A stretch of 64,000 bases of DNA from Octopus sinensis. Its lineage: Eukaryota. The stretch covers positions 1 through 64,000 of the forward strand of contig NC_043018.1 of NCBI RefSeq assembly GCF_006345805.1, in the 5' to 3' direction. Below are positions 1 to 14,323 of the stretch, one piece after another. Positions within the stretch are counted from its first letter, which is position 1, and each line of letters opens with the position of its first letter. The translations under genes and the position numbers were made by a program. A model generated the notes under the pieces. That model saw nothing but the letters and a program-made list of their open reading frames with translations. It was not told where the DNA came from and did not search any database.

Positions 1-215
1 GTAGTGTTTGCAGTTGATACTCGCGAAATTCGGTAAAAGACATTGGATTTACCTGTGTTGCATAGGAATTTACTAGAATATGTATTTTACTTACATCTAC
101 TGGTATCTGATTGTTGACATTTATAGCCAAGTTATTTTAATACTGAGTGCTTTATTGTTGTCTGCCAGGATTTTAAATTCTTTTCTTTCTTTCTTTTTTC
201 TTTCTTTCTTTCTTT

Positions 216-258
<43 letters not shown>

Positions 259-697
259 GAGTGGGGAATAAGAAGTAGAGAATGAATATCAATGTGCCAT
301 ATGAAACTCGCTACTCGTAATGAAAACGGAATGTCTGTGGATCTGAAAGACAAAGAATAAAATTCTGTATTTCCACAAAGGAAACCACTGAAGTTTTATC
401 TCAAGGAACGACCATAAATAGACTTTGAGGAACTGGTAGAGAGAATATGAAACAAACACCATAAAATAGCAGTCGAAATGAATAGAAATAGAATACCATT
501 GTGCAGCAACCATATGGGAACACTACAAATATCATTCCTTAGTAACAAAAGCATAGAGACTGGGTGTAGTTATTTTCTTCTGGCGTACAATAACGATAGT
601 AATGATGATGATGACCATTATCATAATCGTCATCATGACGATGATGATGATATAATAATAATAATAACAACAACAACAACAACAATAATAATAATAA

Positions 698-1385
698 TGT
701 ACCTCAACAGGCATGACAGAGCTGCACAATATATTCACTGGGTAATTCGCAAAAAGCCTGGACTTGCCCCATGATAAAAACTGGTGGGAACACAAACCAC
801 CTCCAGTGCTTGAAAATGATCACATCTCACTCCTCTGGAACTTCACCATTCAAAATGACAGAAAGATAGATGCGAATAGGCCAGACATCATTTTGAAAGA
901 CTTCAGACAAAAATCATGCCTCCTCATTGATATGACTGTCCCAAACGATATAAACGTATTTATCAAGACCTACCAAAACTGAGCAAATGTAAAGATCATG
1001 AAATAGAAATTGACAAAATGTGGAACCTGAAGACTAAAACAATACCTGTTGTCATAGGTGCCCTGGGAATGATAGCAAAAGGGGCTGATTGCTGCCTAGC
1101 TCAGATACCAGGAAACCCCAAAATGGCAGAAATTCAAAAGATAGTGCTCATGGGAACTGCTCATATCCTACGCAAAATACTTTCGATGTAATCTCAAGTT
1201 TTAAAACAAACAATTTTCTTATGATTTCTTAAACATTCTCTAGAACAACACTATGTACAAAACCAAATATATGGCACCCTAGGCATAACACCAACATGAA
1301 CTTCCAACTTGTTATCTCTTGAGGTCTCTGGGTGAGACTTGGAGCCAGCTTGTACAAATACAAAGCAAAAGTCAAACACAAAATA
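698..1385 (+). mobile_element. 5'-truncated R4/Dong-clade non-LTR retrotransposon (restriction-like endonuclease C-terminus plus 3'UTR), frameshifted
   Basis: Translation across frameshifts gives YLNRHDRAAQYIHW...LLWNFTIQNDRKIDANRPDIIL...LLIDMTVP...KLSK...IPVVIGALG...IQKIVLMGTAHILRKILSM* (RHD, PD..D, K RLE motifs). Begins inside (TAA)n and ends in a TAA/TAC run. Confidence 0.88.
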
Positions 1386-1454
1386 CTAGTAATACTACTA
1401 CTATTACCACTACTGCTGCTGCTGCTGCTGCATCTGCTGCCGTTGTTGCTGCTA

Positions 1455-1485
<31 letters not shown>

Positions 1486-1599
1486 ATCTACTGCCGCTGT
1501 TGCTGCTGCTGCTGCTGCTACTACTACTACTACTACTACTACTACTGCTACTAATAATAATAATATATTAATGGACTAAAAATCACGTAAAGAGACTTC

Positions 1600-1682
1600 A
1601 CAGAAAAACTAGAAAGTTCTTGAAAACGCATGGGGTACACCGTCTGAAAGCTGATATCAACCGGCTCTACTTGAAGAGAGAC
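1600..1682 (+). mobile_element. Short R4/Dong RT-region fragment
   Basis: LHRKTRKFLKTHGVHRLKADINRLYLKR resembles the R4 motif DRKTRK..HG.LHPK.D.DRLYL.R. Confidence 0.6.
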
Positions 1683-1768
1683 CCCATAAAATTAGCGGTT
1701 TGGCAGCAGTCAAACGAATGAAACAAATAAAAGAATAAAAGAATAAAAGAGTATATATATATATATAT

Positions 1769-2114
1769 ACAATTGCAGCGTGGAAGGTGTTTGTAAGCCA
1801 TTTAAGAAACACACAAAAACCGTTCGATTTACTTCAACATTTAAGTCTAATTTGTGAAAATATTTTCGTCGCTAAAATCCGCGATCTGTTCACTGACAAA
1901 AATCCGTGCTGCATCTTGGATTTTGGTCAGTGAACAGGTCGCGGTCTTAAAGCGACGAAAATATTTTGATAAATTAAACTTAAATGTTGAAGTGAATCGA
2001 ACGGCTTTTGTGTGTTTCTTAAATGGCTTACAAACACCTTCCACGCTGCAATTGTTTTCGTTTCAGCACACGATCTCAGATCAAATCACTTGCTATGCGA
2101 ATACATCTCCGTAA
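1769..2114. mobile_element. Palindromic Penelope-like pseudo-LTR remnant in (TA)n
   Basis: Inverted arms span 1769-2055 around a centre near 1910. Each arm has a hammerhead-like motif. Flanked by (TA)n. Confidence 0.65.
1923..1973 (+). ncRNA. Putative minimal type-I hammerhead ribozyme with G3-C8 core swap
   Basis: ttggtca-GTGAACA-g-GTCGC/GCGAC stem II-GAAA-ATAT-TT-tgataaa. Mirror copy on the minus strand at ~1852-1900. Confidence 0.5.
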
Positions 2115-2165
2115 TATATATATATATATATATTAATTATATATATATATATAATATTATATATA

Positions 2166-2313
2166 TACCGGATAAAAACAATATGTGAAACAAGGTGGAA
2201 AAAAAAGTACTCAAATACCAGTGGTAGAGTAATATGCTTTATTTTAAGCAGCAGAAAATTCAAAAAAATCTGTTACTCTGAGTTTCTCGTTGCCGTTCAT
2301 CAGACAGTTTTTG

Positions 2314-2314
<1 letters not shown>
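2166..2314 (-). mobile_element. Penelope-like short repeat with hammerhead (2270-2307)
   Basis: Minus strand reads ctgt-CTGATGA-acggcaacga-GAAA-ctcagag-TA-acag. Same family as 43356-43523. Flanked by (TA)n. Confidence 0.7.
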
Positions 2315-2348
<34 letters not shown>

Positions 2349-2531
2349 TTTATATTGCAAAAAGTAACACATGCCTACAGAAAATCAAGATACCAGTGTC
2401 CAAATATTTAATTATTATACTTAGTGTAGCAACGCCACCAGAGGCAATGACGTATTTACGTTGGTAGCTAGACTTAAGAAAATACATATCCATTCATACA
2501 AACCTAGATACATACATACATATGCGTATGT

Positions 2532-2574
<43 letters not shown>

Positions 2575-2577
2575 CTG

Positions 2578-2789
2578 TTTTACTCTTTTACTCTTTTCCT
2601 CGTTTACTTGTTTCAGTCATTTGACTGCGGCCATGCTGGATCACCGCCTTTAGTCGAGCAAATCGACCCCGGGACTTATTCTTTGTAAGCCCAGTACTTA
2701 TTCTATCAGTCTCTTTTTGCCGAACCGCTAAGTGACGACGACGTAAACACACCACCATCAGTTGTCAAGCAATGCTAGGGGGACAAACA

Positions 2790-2837
<48 letters not shown>

Positions 2838-3007
2838 ACATATATATATATACATATATGCGACAGGCTTCTTTCAGTTTCTGTCTACCAAATCCACTAT
2901 AGCCCCGGGGCTATAGCAGAAGACACTTGCCCAAGATGCCACGCAGTGGGACTGAACCCGGAACCATGTGGTTGGTTAGCAAGCTACTTACCACACAGCC
3001 ACTCCTG
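2578..3007 (-). mobile_element. tRNA-derived SINE family A (internal (CA)n/(TA)n)
   Basis: Head AGGAGTGGCTGTGTGGTAAG...GGTTCAGTCCC (A/B-box-like), (AAGAGTA) tail. Near-identical copies elsewhere in the window. Confidence 0.85.
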
Positions 3008-3236
3008 AATATATATATATATATAAATATATATATATACATATGGATGTGTGTGAATATGTGTGAGTGCATGTGTATGCTGATTTATATATACCCGTGA
3101 GTCAATGAATTAAGGGAAGATAGGTATATTAAAGAACGAACACATTACTTATATCGACACAATATGGGCTTAACCATAAGTGGATATGCACTCACTGATC
3201 TGTCTGTAATCTATCATCTATCTATCTATCTATATA

Positions 3237-3267
<31 letters not shown>

Positions 3268-3414
3268 TATGTATCTATCTATATACGTATCTATCTATAT
3301 CTATCTATCTGTCTATGTATCTATCTATCTAGTATCTATCTATCTATCGATCTATTTATCTATCTATCTACTATCTATCTATCATCTCTATCTATCTATC
3401 ATCTATCTATCTAT

Positions 3415-3866
3415 ATGTGTTTTAAAAAAGATGGGTGAATGTAGCAAGAATGGCACGTATGAATGACGAAGCCACCTTGAGCAAGTCTATGAACCCAATC
3501 GAAAACAGAGAGTTAGTTGCTTTTTGCAAAAGAAAAAAAAAAAAGAAATAAAAATGTGACTTCATTGACCGCGGTTACCGTGGTTTTTCGCAGGCTTTTT
3601 TTCCACGGGTAAACCTCACCGGTCCTCCCCTTTACACTTCATATGAATTTCTGTGATAACGATCCCTATTGATCATTTTTTTTTCCTCTCCCCCCCCCTT
3701 TTTTTTTTTTTTTTTAACCCCCCTTATTTGTCCTCTTTCTCTCCTTTACGATCCCTTTGATCGAACCTCCCCTTCCATTTTTTTTTTTTTTTTTAATACC
3801 TTAAAAGAAAAGCTCTACCTGTAATTTGTTATCTGTGTGCAGCCCTGTGTAGCTAATAAAGAAACA
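3415..3866 (+). mobile_element. 3' end of a Tx1/L1-like LINE inserted in (TATC)n
   Basis: CFKKRWVNVARMARMNDEATLS resembles the ORF2 end at ~44700. Pyrimidine-rich UTR ends TGTAATTTGTT...AATAAAGAAA. (TATC)n on both sides. Confidence 0.55.
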
Positions 3867-3982
3867 TATCTATGTATCTATCTATCTACGTATCTATCTA
3901 TGTATCTATCTATTGTCTATGTATCTATCTAGTACTATCTATCTAATCTATCTATATCTATCTATCCATCTATCTATTCTAT

Positions 3983-4023
<41 letters not shown>

Positions 4024-4212
4024 ATGTATCTATTGTGTCATTAATGGACGTGTGTGTGTGTGTGTGTGGTGTTTGTGTTTGGTGTGTTGTGGTCTATGCG
4101 TGTGTGCGTGCGCGCGCATCTGTGTGTGTGTGTATAATGATATATACATTATAATATATATATACAGGTTTTTGTATGTATATATATATACATATATATA
4201 TATATATGTATA

Positions 4213-4255
<43 letters not shown>

Positions 4256-4774
4256 GCGCGCGCACAGACATACGTATTACACACACCCACAACAAAGTCA
4301 TTCTCAAAATGTCTACCCACAGTATCCGATCAGACGAGAGACTACATCCGCTTTTTCTTCCTTAGAAGTTATTTATTTGTAAGTAATGCCCTGTCGAAGT
4401 CTCCAGTAACATCGGGATGTATAGATTAACTGTCAGTGCAGTGTATTAGAGAACGAATAGGATATGTCTTGTAGGAAACGCAGTAGTCTCTTAAATCGGT
4501 CCCTCGCTGAAGGCTACTGCCAACGTTCACTGAATCAAATAGATAAATACATTGAATGAAAAAGTAGCAAGGGAAATAGCGATGGAATCTGGGAGAGAAA
4601 GAAAGATGCTACGAGAGAGATAGAGAGAAATGGATCGAATAAGGTGCAGCGTGAAAGAAAGAAATCATCAAGAAAAATAACATTGCTTAAAATGCTGTAA
4701 ACTGCTTTACATTTACATATATATATATATATACAATACGTTTACATATATGAATGTAGGTGTGTACATATGCG

Positions 4775-4829
<55 letters not shown>

Positions 4830-4860
4830 ATATATGTATATATACATACATAATACATAC

Positions 4861-4899
<39 letters not shown>

Positions 4900-5079
4900 C
4901 ATATACTATATATATTATATATAATAATATTATATATATTATATATTTACATATGCATGTTTGCATGTATAAGCATACACATACAACACACGTATCCTGA
5001 AATCTATGAACACAAAATTGTGATAAATAAATATATTTTATGTATGTATGTATGTATGTATGAATGTATGCATATATAC

Positions 5080-5128
<49 letters not shown>

Positions 5129-5296
5129 CATACATATAAATATATGTATGGATATATATATATATATATATATATATGCGTGTTTGTGTATATGCACATA
5201 TAGTATATATATAGCTAGCTATTTAGGCATATATACACACACACACATATATATACATTACATATATACTTTTATATATATTTAGCTTCTCTCCTA

Positions 5297-5327
<31 letters not shown>

Positions 5328-5409
5328 ATATATATATATATATATCAACATACACACACATATACATACATACATACACATACATACATACATACATACA
5401 TACACACAA

Positions 5410-5440
<31 letters not shown>

Positions 5441-7084
5441 CAGATATATACCGATATATACACACTCATGAATATACATCTATATATACATGTAGGTATG
5501 TGTTTTTATGTATGCACACATATATACGCGTATGTATAATATGTGCACATACATATGTGTATATAACCGTATATTTATATGTCTGTCTATAATAATACAT
5601 ATGTACATGTAGACACAAGTGTATAATTTACTGATATACGTATCCATGTGTACACATGTACTGTTTTCAATATGTCGATAACTAGCTTTACATTTTTCTA
5701 TCCCAACCTCATTTGGCCTCTATTTCTGTTAATGTAGCATTGCTCTGAGGTTTGATGTGGAAATGTATTTCCTTTCTCTTGTTCTGTTTCTAGCTGAACT
5801 CATTGTCACATTAGCAGAGACACTTGTGACAGCATTACCTACAGTATTTGTTATTGTTGCATTTGCTGTTGTTGTTGTTGTTGTTATTGTTGATGTTGTT
5901 GTGGCTGTCACTACTATTGTGTGGCCCAATTCCGCGCTGGCTGAGTTATACTTTAAACAAATGCCTTCCGCCCCTGACCTTATTTTGTTTTACGTGTTAC
6001 AAATTACATTGCTCGATATATCCTTCGTATTCTAAGACTTGTCATTGCGATTTGATTGAGATTTGGTTGCTTTTTCTTGCAATTCGAATTACTATGGGAA
6101 GAAAAATCTTGTTAGTGCTAATTTGTTTTAGCTCCAGATCAACCTCGGTTGAGTATACCTACTAACAGATCCATTACAGTCCTGCACTTCACCTCTCATA
6201 TTTTCGGCTAGATCAAGAATAAAAGAGAGGAAAGTGAAAAACTCGTTGCTATCAGGAATGTAGATTCCTCCTAATGGCTCAGCGGCTCTCTGTTTAGGTA
6301 GAATTTGCACGTCCTTTTTATACAAGTCACAAACATCCTTCTAGGAACTTCAGCCAAACTGTTTGATAGGAAACTTGAGTATTCATTTGAAATTTTGTTG
6401 TTGCATCCTTGACACATCAGTCAGTCCTAATTAATCGAGTTGTCTTCGCGTGAGCATTAATATCTTTTCAGACATTTTTCGTTTTAACGAAAAAATTAGT
6501 TCGTGGTTCTAGGCAGGAAAAATCTGAGCGCTTTGGTCTAAGTCTTAGCCGGGTAATTACTAAAATATGGGTATACATGTTCCAAATTCCTGGTATCCGT
6601 CTTGCATCTTGGCTGCTTAAGCATTCTACAAGCGGTCAGATTTTCAAGGAAAAGGTCGTTGCATATTTGTGATTTTATACAGCATGTCTGAAATTCTTGG
6701 ATATAACAATTCTGATTTGATTAACATCTCCGGAAAAATTGAAGGCCGTCACCATCTTTGAAAGCAACCCCAAATATAGCGAATCCCGGTAGTTCCCCAC
6801 CCACACGTATGCCCCCCACACACACACACGTGTGTATATGTATCTAGGTTTTGCAACCAGGGTGCCCATTTAGGAAAAAAAAACCCGAATGGTTGACAGA
6901 ACTTGCAGGATCGTGCACAGCAGGTAGCCTTCGAAACTTTTTTCTCAATGTAAATAAATGAAGGCAAAACGAGAGAAAGGTGATAGTGCGCGTGAATGTT
7001 TGCGTATATATGTGTGTGTGTGTTTTATGCCGCACACACATATGTGGTAACACGTATATACATATAAACGCACTCATAAATGTC

Positions 7085-7128
<44 letters not shown>

Positions 7129-7141
7129 CACACATACATAC

Positions 7142-7244
<103 letters not shown>

Positions 7245-8607
7245 ATATATATATATATATATTATATATAATAATAATATATATATATGTATGTATATAT
7301 ATCAAGAGGAAATTCGATGAAATCAAGGCAAACACGCGTAAAATAAATGAGAATATAAAGAATCCCCCCCCCCACTAAAAAAAAATTATAAATAGAAATA
7401 TGCAAAGAAATTGGAGGATAGTAGAGTGGTGTGTTGAAGTTGAACACTTTTTATTTGAAAATGGCAAACGGCAAAAGGTAAGAATATGCGTGTGTGCATG
7501 TGTGTGAGTGCGATGGTGCGTGTGAGTGTGTGTGTCTGTACGGGAGTGTTTATGTGTCCGTGTATAGGTATATATATATAAAAATATATATTTACACAGA
7601 AATATATATCATAAAAATATATGTATATATATATATATATATATATCTATATACATATGTGTACGTATCTAAGTAGACACGTATATAGATGAATGTACGT
7701 ACATATGTATGTGTGTTATGTGTGTTTATGTGTGTGTATGTATTCGCGTGAGCGTTGAAATTCTTTGAACATTAAGCAGACATTTTCCACGAAAATAATT
7801 CTTATGTTCTCCTCTATATCAAAATCTGACAAATAAAAATAATAAGATAAAAAAAACCGGAAAGCAAATATTTTTATTTTTTCATATTAAATTCACCACG
7901 AAGATTTGTTTACTTCCAAACCGAACCGATGTCCAAGTAAATTCTTTAGAGAGACAGTTTATATGTATGTACGTTATACATACATATAGACATACATATA
8001 CAAATATAAATATATATATATGCATACATATCATGTATATACACACATATATATCCATATATATATATTTACATAGTATATGTACATGAATATATAATGT
8101 AATAGGTATATATATATAAATATGTATATATATGTGGATATATATATATATATATATATCTATATGAAAATACATACTAATATACATATATATTTTTATG
8201 TGTTTATATCAATTAAAATTTATCATAATCTAATCTATCTTACTAGCTATCCGTCTTTCCACGAATATGTATAGAAATACATATACGAATATCTATTTAC
8301 ATTGACATACATACATACATGGATACATATATGCATGTATACGTACATAATTCATAGATACATATTTGCTTAAATACAAACATATTTTGCGAGGACACGT
8401 CCTCTACAGTTATGCATATGTATTTAAAAAATAAATACAAACGTACTAATATATATATATAGATATATTATATATATATAGATATATATATATATATATC
8501 TATATATATATGTATATTATCTATACACATATATTTTATGTATCTGTCCATCTATCTAGATTATAGAAAGATAGAGGATATATATGTATATATGTGTGTG
8601 TGAATAT

Positions 8608-8646
<39 letters not shown>

Positions 8647-9428
8647 TATATATATTATGTATGTATGTATGTATATATATTCACATAGGTATGTGTAATA
8701 TATAGATACGTATATGTGTGTAGTATATATAGATATGTATTTACATATGTATTATTATATATATATGTGTGTGTGTGTGTGTAAATATATATATATATAG
8801 ATACATATATACATATATATATGTAAATATATATACATATATATATATATATATGTATATATGTACATATATATATAAATATTTAAGTGTAATATATATA
8901 TCCACATACATATATATCGATACGTATATTTTGTACCTACGTAGGAATATCGTTAGATGCATATGCACTCATACATCAGGCGATATAGGTATATATTTCG
9001 ACATTGACACTTCCGAACGCACATATCTACACAATATGGATAGAAATGGAAATTTATCCAATAGGGATCTCACTTGGAGTTGCGAAACATTTGACAGTTT
9101 CAAAGAAGACGCTTGCTGTTGTAATGGACGTTCATGTTGTTGGCCTCGTTTTGATTTTTGTGGATGTTTTGTTTTTGTTTTTTTCTGTTGGCTTCTTTTC
9201 ATTGGAAGAGGCTTGTTTACAGTTGTGTGTATTTGTGTGTTTTCCATGGAAGTAAATATCAACCATTCTCTCCTGCTAGTTTTAAAACTTGACGTTTCTG
9301 TCTTACCACTGTCATTAGCACCTTCGTATAGCCATCGTCGGCATCACCTTAGTGCATGTGCATATATGTAAATATATCTGCATATATGTGTATGTGTGTA
9401 TGTACATATATGTGTGTTTCTGTTTATG

Positions 9429-9460
<32 letters not shown>

Positions 9461-9745
9461 AATATGAAATATATATGTATATATCTTTATCATGAATTCT
9501 GAGCATCGACATCAACATCATTATCATTATCTTCATCATCACCATCATAGTCATTATCAATATCATCTTCATCATCTTCATCATCGTTATCATGGTCGCG
9601 TCATCATCATCATCATTATCATCTTCGTCGTCGTCATCGTCGTCATCATCATCATTCTAGTCATCGTATTCGTCATCATCGCTGTCATAATCCTCACCGT
9701 TGTCGTCCACTTTCTTTTCTACTCATCACCTATACCATCTTCTTT

Positions 9746-9819
<74 letters not shown>

Positions 9820-9886
9820 TATCATCATCATCGTCATCCTCAGCATAATGGTTTTCAATCCTATTGCAGCAGAGGCACTTAACATG

Positions 9887-10065
9887 TTTACATTGGTTTC
9901 TATTTATAATATTCCAAGCCTCCACGTATTAGAGTTCCCTGATCATGACATAAAATATATTGTCGGCATAAAATGTAATAATTTGTCATTGCGATGCCAA
10001 CATTGTATACATTGGTTCAAACACATATAACGTACAAGAAATACATACATACATACATACATACA
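9887..10065. repeat. Local direct duplication with 14156-14315
   Basis: TTGGTTTCTATTTATAATATTCC...GTACAAGAAATACATACAT present at both sites. Confidence 0.85.
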
Positions 10066-10132
10066 TACATACTACATACATACATACATACATACATACA
10101 TACATACATAAACATATATACATATATATATA

Positions 10133-10328
10133 CCCGTGCCTTGGTACGTAAATAATCCTTTTACACTTTCGGAATGATTAGCGTTAAGAAGCGCAACCAG
10201 CTGTGGAAAACATGCCAAATCAGACTGGAGTCTGGCGCAGCCTTCCAGCTCATTAACCCTGCTCAAACCGTCCAGCCCATGCCAGCATGGACAACGGACG
10301 TTAAATGATGATGATAATGATGATGATG

Positions 10329-10330
<2 letters not shown>
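10133..10330 (+). mobile_element. 3' part of SINE/RTE-type tail family D
   Basis: ...AAACCGTCCAGCCCATGCCAGCATGGACAACGGACGTTAAA(TGA)n. Same family as 31160-31725. Confidence 0.7.
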
Positions 10331-10372
<42 letters not shown>

Positions 10373-10801
10373 TTTGTTTTTCTTGAATTTTTCTTGAATT
10401 TTTTTGCTACCCTTATATTGATTAATTAATGATTTTTTTTACTAATTCTGAAATTGTATCAGCAGTTTATATTTGCTGCTGAGTAGATGGCGCGGTTACG
10501 GTGGATTTCGAAAATTTAGGATATATAAACTCGAGGCTTCGGTGGTGTGCTCCTCGTGTGTATATATTTTCCTTTCTTTGCTACTTTGCTGATTAGACAA
10601 GCCAATCGTAAACGGATTCAATTTAATTTAATTAAATTCGATTACGTAAAAATGTTGAAACTATGCATGGTACAAAGTTGAAGGGGATAAATGTTTTTAT
10701 TTCTCCTTTAGTTTCAGAATTACTACTATTTTGCGGTTTGAGTTTAGCTGCTCTTTCAAGTGAGTTGAACGGCCTGTCAGGGTCATTCCTTAATACTATT
10801 G

Positions 10802-10838
<37 letters not shown>

Positions 10839-11646
10839 TGTAACGAACTTTCTGTCAGTTTGTTTTTATGTTTTTGAAGGATAAGGCATGGTTACACCAA
10901 TCTAGCTTCTAAATGATATTATTTGCTGTCTAAATCCCTAAAATATTATTTCTTCATTCAGATGAATCAAATTAATAGCAAATAATTCTGAGATGAGTAC
11001 ATTTCTTCCTGATTTTGTAAAGGTAAGGGCTATTTTTCCATACATTCGCTACATTAAGCGTACGTACCCAAAAATCGTGCGAGCCCTATACATTTTGTAC
11101 CCTAATTTTTTATGGATATTTATCTATATCGGTTACGCCTGTAAATTTATCTAGATTAACCACGCCTGTAAAAAGAGATGTAAAAAAGGAAAATTAATAA
11201 ACTGTAGTTTTACTCTGGTCGAGAGACAGTTTTTGATAAAATCTAACAGAACATATTCAAAATACATAAATACATACGAAAATACCGAAAAATATAATTC
11301 CGTTTCAAATCATTCAATTTTGGCAATGTGATTTAACAAACGGTTTTCCAACAAATCACTTTTTGTTGTTTTTGTAAAATCTCAGAAAATAATTAAAAAT
11401 TCACATTTTTTATCAAATTATTTTGTTATATTTGTCTATCTATCCAACTGTAAACATTTTAAATATTTCACTAACTTTTGGTAAAAGGGTACATATTTTA
11501 CAGAAATACCGAAAAATATAATTCGTTTCAAATCATTCAATTTTGGCAATGTGATTTAACAAACGGTTTTCCAACAAATCGCTTGTTTGTTTGATTCCAT
11601 AATCTCTTATGCCATGGCCTCAAGTTTGACTAAGTGCTTTTGAGTA

Positions 11647-12167
11647 CCGTAAATCCTCGAGTATAATCCTCATTTTTCCCCCAAAATTTAAAGAACAAAA
11701 TCCCTAGTGCGTACTATATACGAGGTTAAAATTAAAAATATTTTCTAAGCAATGTCCGAGTCTCTATTTGTTGTCCAGCAATGTTTATTTAGACGCATTT
11801 TGTGATGTCGGGCGCGAAAATACCTTAAGCTAAGCCTGAAAGCAATGAAGTCATAAAAGAATCATCCACAACTTGCAGTAAGCAACATTTATTGAAATAA
11901 AAGTATTCAGAACACAGAATAACATGTAACACAAACAATTTGCAAACATTTTTACATTCCCATATAACAGTTAAGAACATCACCATTATTGTATTATGCA
12001 TGCGCGGAATGTTTTATTCGACTAGGTGCTGCTGGCTTAATTACGCACGAATCATGTTATAGAAGGAGTGCGTATTATACACAATGTTTAGGTTTTTCAG
12101 AAGTACAGTCCCCTAAAAATCTCCTGCGTATTATACTCAAGAGCGGACTATACTCGAAGATTCACGG
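11647..12167. mobile_element. Non-autonomous Tc1/mariner-superfamily (pogo/Tc2-like) MITE
   Basis: TIRs CCGTAAATCCTCGAGTATA / TATACTCGAAGATTCACGG with TA on both sides. Confidence 0.85.
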
Positions 12168-13523
12168 TAACTGGGATCGCTATACGAACCACTTTACGAG
12201 TCCTGTTTTCTTTCTTTAAAGATATACAATCTGTCGCTAATTCTAACACTCCCAACTAGGATACATTTGGTAGATTGCTGTAGTGTGCTATACAGCATAG
12301 CTATAAATGTTTTAACCAGCACTCTACGTTATTGCTCTTTATATTACCGCTCTTTATGTTACAGTACTCTGTTACAACACTATGTTACAGCCCTCTGTTA
12401 CAACACTCTATTTTACTGATAGAAATAATACAGTTATACTCACAATGTGCTCAATATGCTTGCAAACATAATGATTTGAACTGTGGAATTTCATCAGCAA
12501 CTGCAATTAGATTACTTACGAACAGATTACTTAGAAACCTATTTATATTCGTGGTTAAATGACTTGGATAATATGTTTTGCATATTGAACACTTTCTAGA
12601 CAGCAAGTTTAAACATTAACTTAGTAATACGTTAACTAATTTCGTTTCATTGCTGGAATCTGCACAAAAATTATTCTGATAAATATCACGAAAATATAAT
12701 TATTTAGAGAGAGGAAGCTTTTGTTTAACCATTATTAAAAGTGAGAGAATATAAGAGAAAAATGAAATTTCCGGGGTAATTATTGGTAAAGAGAATTTAT
12801 GAGGATTCTTTCAAAAGTCCCTTCAAGAAATTAATGTCATTTGAATAGTCATTATATTTAGTCTCCGGATAACGATCGTTAATTAAAAATTAAAAAGGAA
12901 ATAAGAGAAACATACGCACATATACACACCTGCATTGAAACTATAGGCTTTAAATGTGTATGCAGGTGTATTATATAATCCTTATATTTTGTATAATGTA
13001 GAATTTAATATATGTAAAGTCAAAATATCTGATATTGTATTTTAACATCTATTTGCAAGTTTCATTCAAATTGGTACTCTAAGTCAGAATATGTCTCGAG
13101 ATTTGTACTCTTGAACGCAAGCTTTTTGATAAAAATCACTTTCACTTCATTCCAGATGGGGTAATGTTAAGTTTAAAAATAGTAGAATGGGTGTGTAACA
13201 GATCACAGGTACTCCTGTCTACCACAGGTTGTATTGCTACACTGACAGGTAAAGAAACCCAAGTCTGGAGTATAACACAAGTTATATACATCAAAAGAAA
13301 TGTTGTGGAGTACCCTCAGGGGTGCAGTGATGTTGTTAATTAATGTACCACTGATGTGAAATACTACTGGAAGCAGAGTACTCCGAAAGAGAAGCTATCC
13401 TGTAAGCAGTGTACTCATAAGAGTACAACAGTTTGTTTGGTAAGCAGAGTACCACAGCATAGTCGATTTACTGAGTGTCAGCACTGGAAAATTAAATTCT
13501 CGCCATTCATTGAAGACGAGACT

Positions 13524-13951
13524 GGGATCCTTTCGGTTTGAACGGCAGTTTTTGATATAATTTCTAGGTAACTAAAAAATTTTAAACCTCGTATACTGGT
13601 AGAATGTGTTTATAAAACATCTTTTTCTCTTGGATTTATTGAGAAAATTCTATAGTTTGTAAGATATTTGTTGTTTTTTTCTTCAATTTCTGAAATTTCA
13701 ACAAATCACTGACGTCTATTGAGTTAAAAAGCATTCTGTGCCGTTTGAATATGTCCCTCGTTTAAGAAACAGATTGGGTTTATTTACATTTGTGAAGAAA
13801 AAAAGATACCCTCCCCCACCCCTAACCCTAACCTTAACCCTAACCCTAAAATAGATTGAAATGCAATAGATCGATTCTAGGGTCATAATTATGGGTGACA
13901 ATTTCATATGACACCGCTAGAAAAAACTGCCGTTCAAACCGAAAAGATCCC
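13524..13951. mobile_element. MITE with ~30-bp TIRs carrying ~5 CCCTAA repeats
   Basis: TIRs GGGATCCTTTCGGTTTGAACGGCAGTTTTT / AAAAACTGCCGTTCAAACCGAAAAGATCCC. Imperfect 6-bp TSD GAGACT/GAGACG. Telomeric run at ~13819-13848. Confidence 0.85.
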
Positions 13952-14290
13952 GAGACGGACAATCTAAAATGAGGTGTTCGCAGTGAGAGGAACTCGAAGA
14001 TATATAAGAGATAGACGCAAGCATATATACACCACATTGGTCACAGAGACCAGATAGATAGACATACGCATATTCATAAAAGTGAATATGCGTGTACAAA
14101 TATACAGACACAGACGACATATACAAATGGAGAAGCATACGCACACATATGGATATTTACTTTGGTTTCTATTTATAATATTCCGAGCCTCCATGTATTA
14201 AAGTTCCCTGATCATGGCATAAAATGTAATATTTGTCATTGCGACGCCAACATGGTATACATTGGTTCAAACACATATAATGTACAAGAA

Positions 14291-14323
<33 letters not shown>

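Noticed and set aside
290-360. MKLATRNENGM as an AP-endonuclease N-terminus
   Set aside because: No downstream QE or GDFN motifs.
11278-11585. ~80-bp direct repeat 225 bp apart as LTRs
   Set aside because: No TG..CA ends, PBS or TSD; probably a local duplication.
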